From contig CM052818.1 of assembly GCA_028534125.1 (NCBI GenBank), positions 4,714,001-4,778,000 on the forward strand: a stretch of 64,000 bases of DNA, written 5' to 3'. Numbering within the stretch: the stretch's first letter is position 1; each line of letters begins with the position of its first letter. The notes beneath the pieces are model-generated. The model saw nothing but the letters and a program-made list of their open reading frames with translations. It was not told where the DNA came from and searched no databases. Source of the DNA: Lama glama (taxonomy: Eukaryota). The position numbers and the translations under genes are program-made. Shown here one piece after another: positions 61,334 to 64,000 of the stretch.

Positions 61334-64000
61334 CTCTTAATAGCTGAATCCATCCTTGATCTTTCCAACCTTTAACCTTCTTCTATGCATCAAAAAATTC
61401 CTTTCCTCTGCCCCACTTTCTCAGGGCAATCTTAGGGTGTTGATAAATCCTAAAGGCTCATTCCTCCCTCATACCATCCGGCAACAAGCTTGTATATTGA
61501 CAGCAGGCTTCGCATATTATTACATACAAGGTAGGACACTCAGGTACACAGAATCACTCAAATCCTCTCCATATCCAGGTCAGTGCATGTACTACTGCCC
61601 AGTCTGTAGAGAAAACAGGCCATTTTAGCTGGAAGTTTTATCCTGTTTTATTTTCTACCTGCGTGCCATCGCGAGGCTATTTAAATCAAATTCTTCTCTG
61701 TAGCCGAGCACGAAACCTGCACAATTTCTGGTTTTGCTCTTTCCGAAGATAATTTCTGCTGTTTAATGAGATCTGAGAATGAAGTCAGGCATGAGCAGGA
61801 GAAAGGTCACAGTGTGTGCTCAAAGGTATATTAACCATTGTTGGAGCTGACATCAGTCTCCTTCCAAGAGGACGGAATTAAGCAGCAAATAGTAAATACG
61901 TTCCATGGCACTTTATTGCAAGTAGGACCATTTACAATGAAGTAAGAATATGAGAGTGGTTTCAAAGAGAAAATGGGAGTGCTTACAAATAGAACACATC
62001 TTAACCGGTTCGAGTGGAAATGTGATTCCAGTCAAGGTTAATGGGGAAATGGTTAATGAAGGGTACAGATTCCAAAGCTGCATGATGCCATATTGTATCT
62101 CACAGAGGTAATTAATACTGGAGACTCTGGCTAAATGGATGCATCAGACACAGCAGACAACTTGACATCCTTCACACCGTATAGAGAGGCTCCTCCGGCT
62201 GCCCTAATACCGACAGTGTGACGTCTGAGGTCGCGTTTTCCATCCCTTTTCCTCATGGAGTCGGGGTGGTACTGAGGGAAAAACACCAGACAGGGAGACG
62301 GGAGAGGGAGCACCAGCCCCGACTCAGTTACCCGGAGGCGGTGTGTGACCTTGGGCAAGTGTCTTTCTACTTCTCCTGAACTCAGTGTCCTCGTCTATAA
62401 AATGAAGGGATTGAATTGGATCATCTTTTTTGAATTGGAGAAGTCTTTTTTGAAGACTTTTTTTTTTTTTTTAATCTGGGATTCCCTGCACTTACTTCAT
62501 CACCATCCTGCCATGATCACTTACCTACCTGGGTATCTAATGGGTATATGGATATGTAATATAATAAAATTATGGGTATATAATTGTGTAAATATGGGTG
62601 GGAGTTTGCATATATAAATACAGAAGCAGGTAGACAATTCCCTACACTGAAGTATGTGTACTTAGAAGGCAATCCTCATGCTGACTTTGAAATGCCACAA
62701 CCTTCGAGATGAATGTCAAAAAAAGTTGCTGTTTCTACTATCAATATTCAGGTTTTTCAATTCCTCTCCCATTTTTCCCCCCAAAGGGTAAACTCATAGG
62801 AGTGAGGTTATCTATAGAATTAAAATGCCTGGGGTTGTGGTGAGCTTGGGTGAAAAAGCTCCCTTAGCCTGTCGGCCCCAGGATGATCTGTCCCTAAGAA
62901 GTCCCTTCTTTTGTCTCATTCCCTTGTTCTGAACACGGCAGGCGGAAGAATGAGGCTCAGGCTCTTGAAGTGGCAGGTGAGGGAAGGACCGGGGATCATG
63001 TTACATCCTCTGCATGGAGCTGTCTCCTTCGGCTGTCTGGAATCTTCCCAGCTCACCTATTGGAGTAGAGGGGCTTAAAAGTAGGGCATTTGCACACACA
63101 GATTTTTCACCCCAGCGATCATCGTATTGACAGGCATGGCTTCAGCTAAACACGTTTCTCTCTGTGCTCAGGCCTGTTTGTAGGTGGCATCCCCAGGGCA
63201 GATTCTGTCTTTATCCCAGCCTCTGAACTCACTCACTGCTGCATTTTAAATCCCCAGGTGCACCTTGTTTATTTCTCCCTTCTCACCTGCCTTGAACCCC
63301 CGCCTTCCCGGTCCTTCCTCTTTCCTCGTCTGTCAAAAAAGAAGAGAAAACAGCACACAAAAGCAACCCCTGCTGGGGTATCTGGGGATAGAAGTCATTC
63401 CAGCTTCTTGTCGAGAATTCGAGAGATAACCTTCCTGAGGTTTTGAATGAAGTAGCTTTAAAAGGCCGGTGAAATCCAAAATGTGGGGGTGAGAGGGGGC
63501 CCCAGAAGTGACAGCTTTACACATACAACCTCCAGATCCCATCTCCCTTCTCAGGCAATGGGGAGGGAAATCTCGGAGGGCTGGCAGCCCCAGAGCCGAG
63601 TCACCACACGACGCTGACAGCTGCGGAATTACACCTATTGATTGTGGTGTAGGAGCACATGTTTCATCAACCTTTAATTGAGCCAGTTCCTAAAGAGAAC
63701 AGGGTCAGCTTTGGCTGTGCCACCGGGTCTAAGCAGCTGTAACTGAGCCCTGATTGACACCTCTTCAACAGACCCTCATTTGGTAGATTTTTCACATTCC
63801 GTGGGTTCTAGAACCTTGGTCCTCAGCTGAGAGCATTCTTCAGAATCACTGGTGGAAGTGGTTCTACATGCAGAAGATGGTGCCTCATTCTGGCCGACTC
63901 TGATTCGATGTCCAGGGAGGACGGTGGGCGATTTCTCATAAACTCTTTTTTTTTTTAAGGCACTTCCAATGAGCACAAATGAATACTCAGAAACTTCTGG

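Overview
This is mammalian genomic DNA, very probably from a camelid (alpaca, vicuna, llama or camel). The assignment rests on five copies of a tRNA-derived SINE matching the camelid Vic-1 family and on cetartiodactyl-type L1 3' ends. I cannot identify any protein-coding exon, RNA gene or prokaryotic feature. The ORFs in the supplied track look like chance ORFs, L1 remnants, or artefacts of microsatellites and N-gaps. The window reads as a long intron or gene desert made of four components: (1) interspersed repeats (5'-truncated L1s, several with target-site duplications (TSDs); Vic-1-like SINEs; two TSD-flanked ERV1-type solo LTRs; MER21, MLT1, LTR16 and LTR33-like LTRs; MER5, MER3, MER53, MER46C and MER63-like DNA transposon fossils; MIR and L2 remnants); (2) microsatellites; (3) two 500-N assembly gaps; (4) several repeat-free, motif-dense blocks that look like developmental enhancers. 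The most notable structures are a solo LTR with a tandem CCAAT array, octamer, TATA box and degenerate polyA signal, followed by a clean 33-nt candidate exon; an L1 that keeps both termini but has lost almost all of ORF2; a 41-bp fold-back hairpin inside an old L1; an internally inverted, tail-less L1 fragment; a consensus DR3 nuclear-receptor element; and a strong CTCF motif. Repeat family names come from my recollection of consensus sequences and need RepeatMasker/Dfam confirmation. Boundaries not fixed by TSDs are approximate. I found no convincing evidence for a wholly new biological system.
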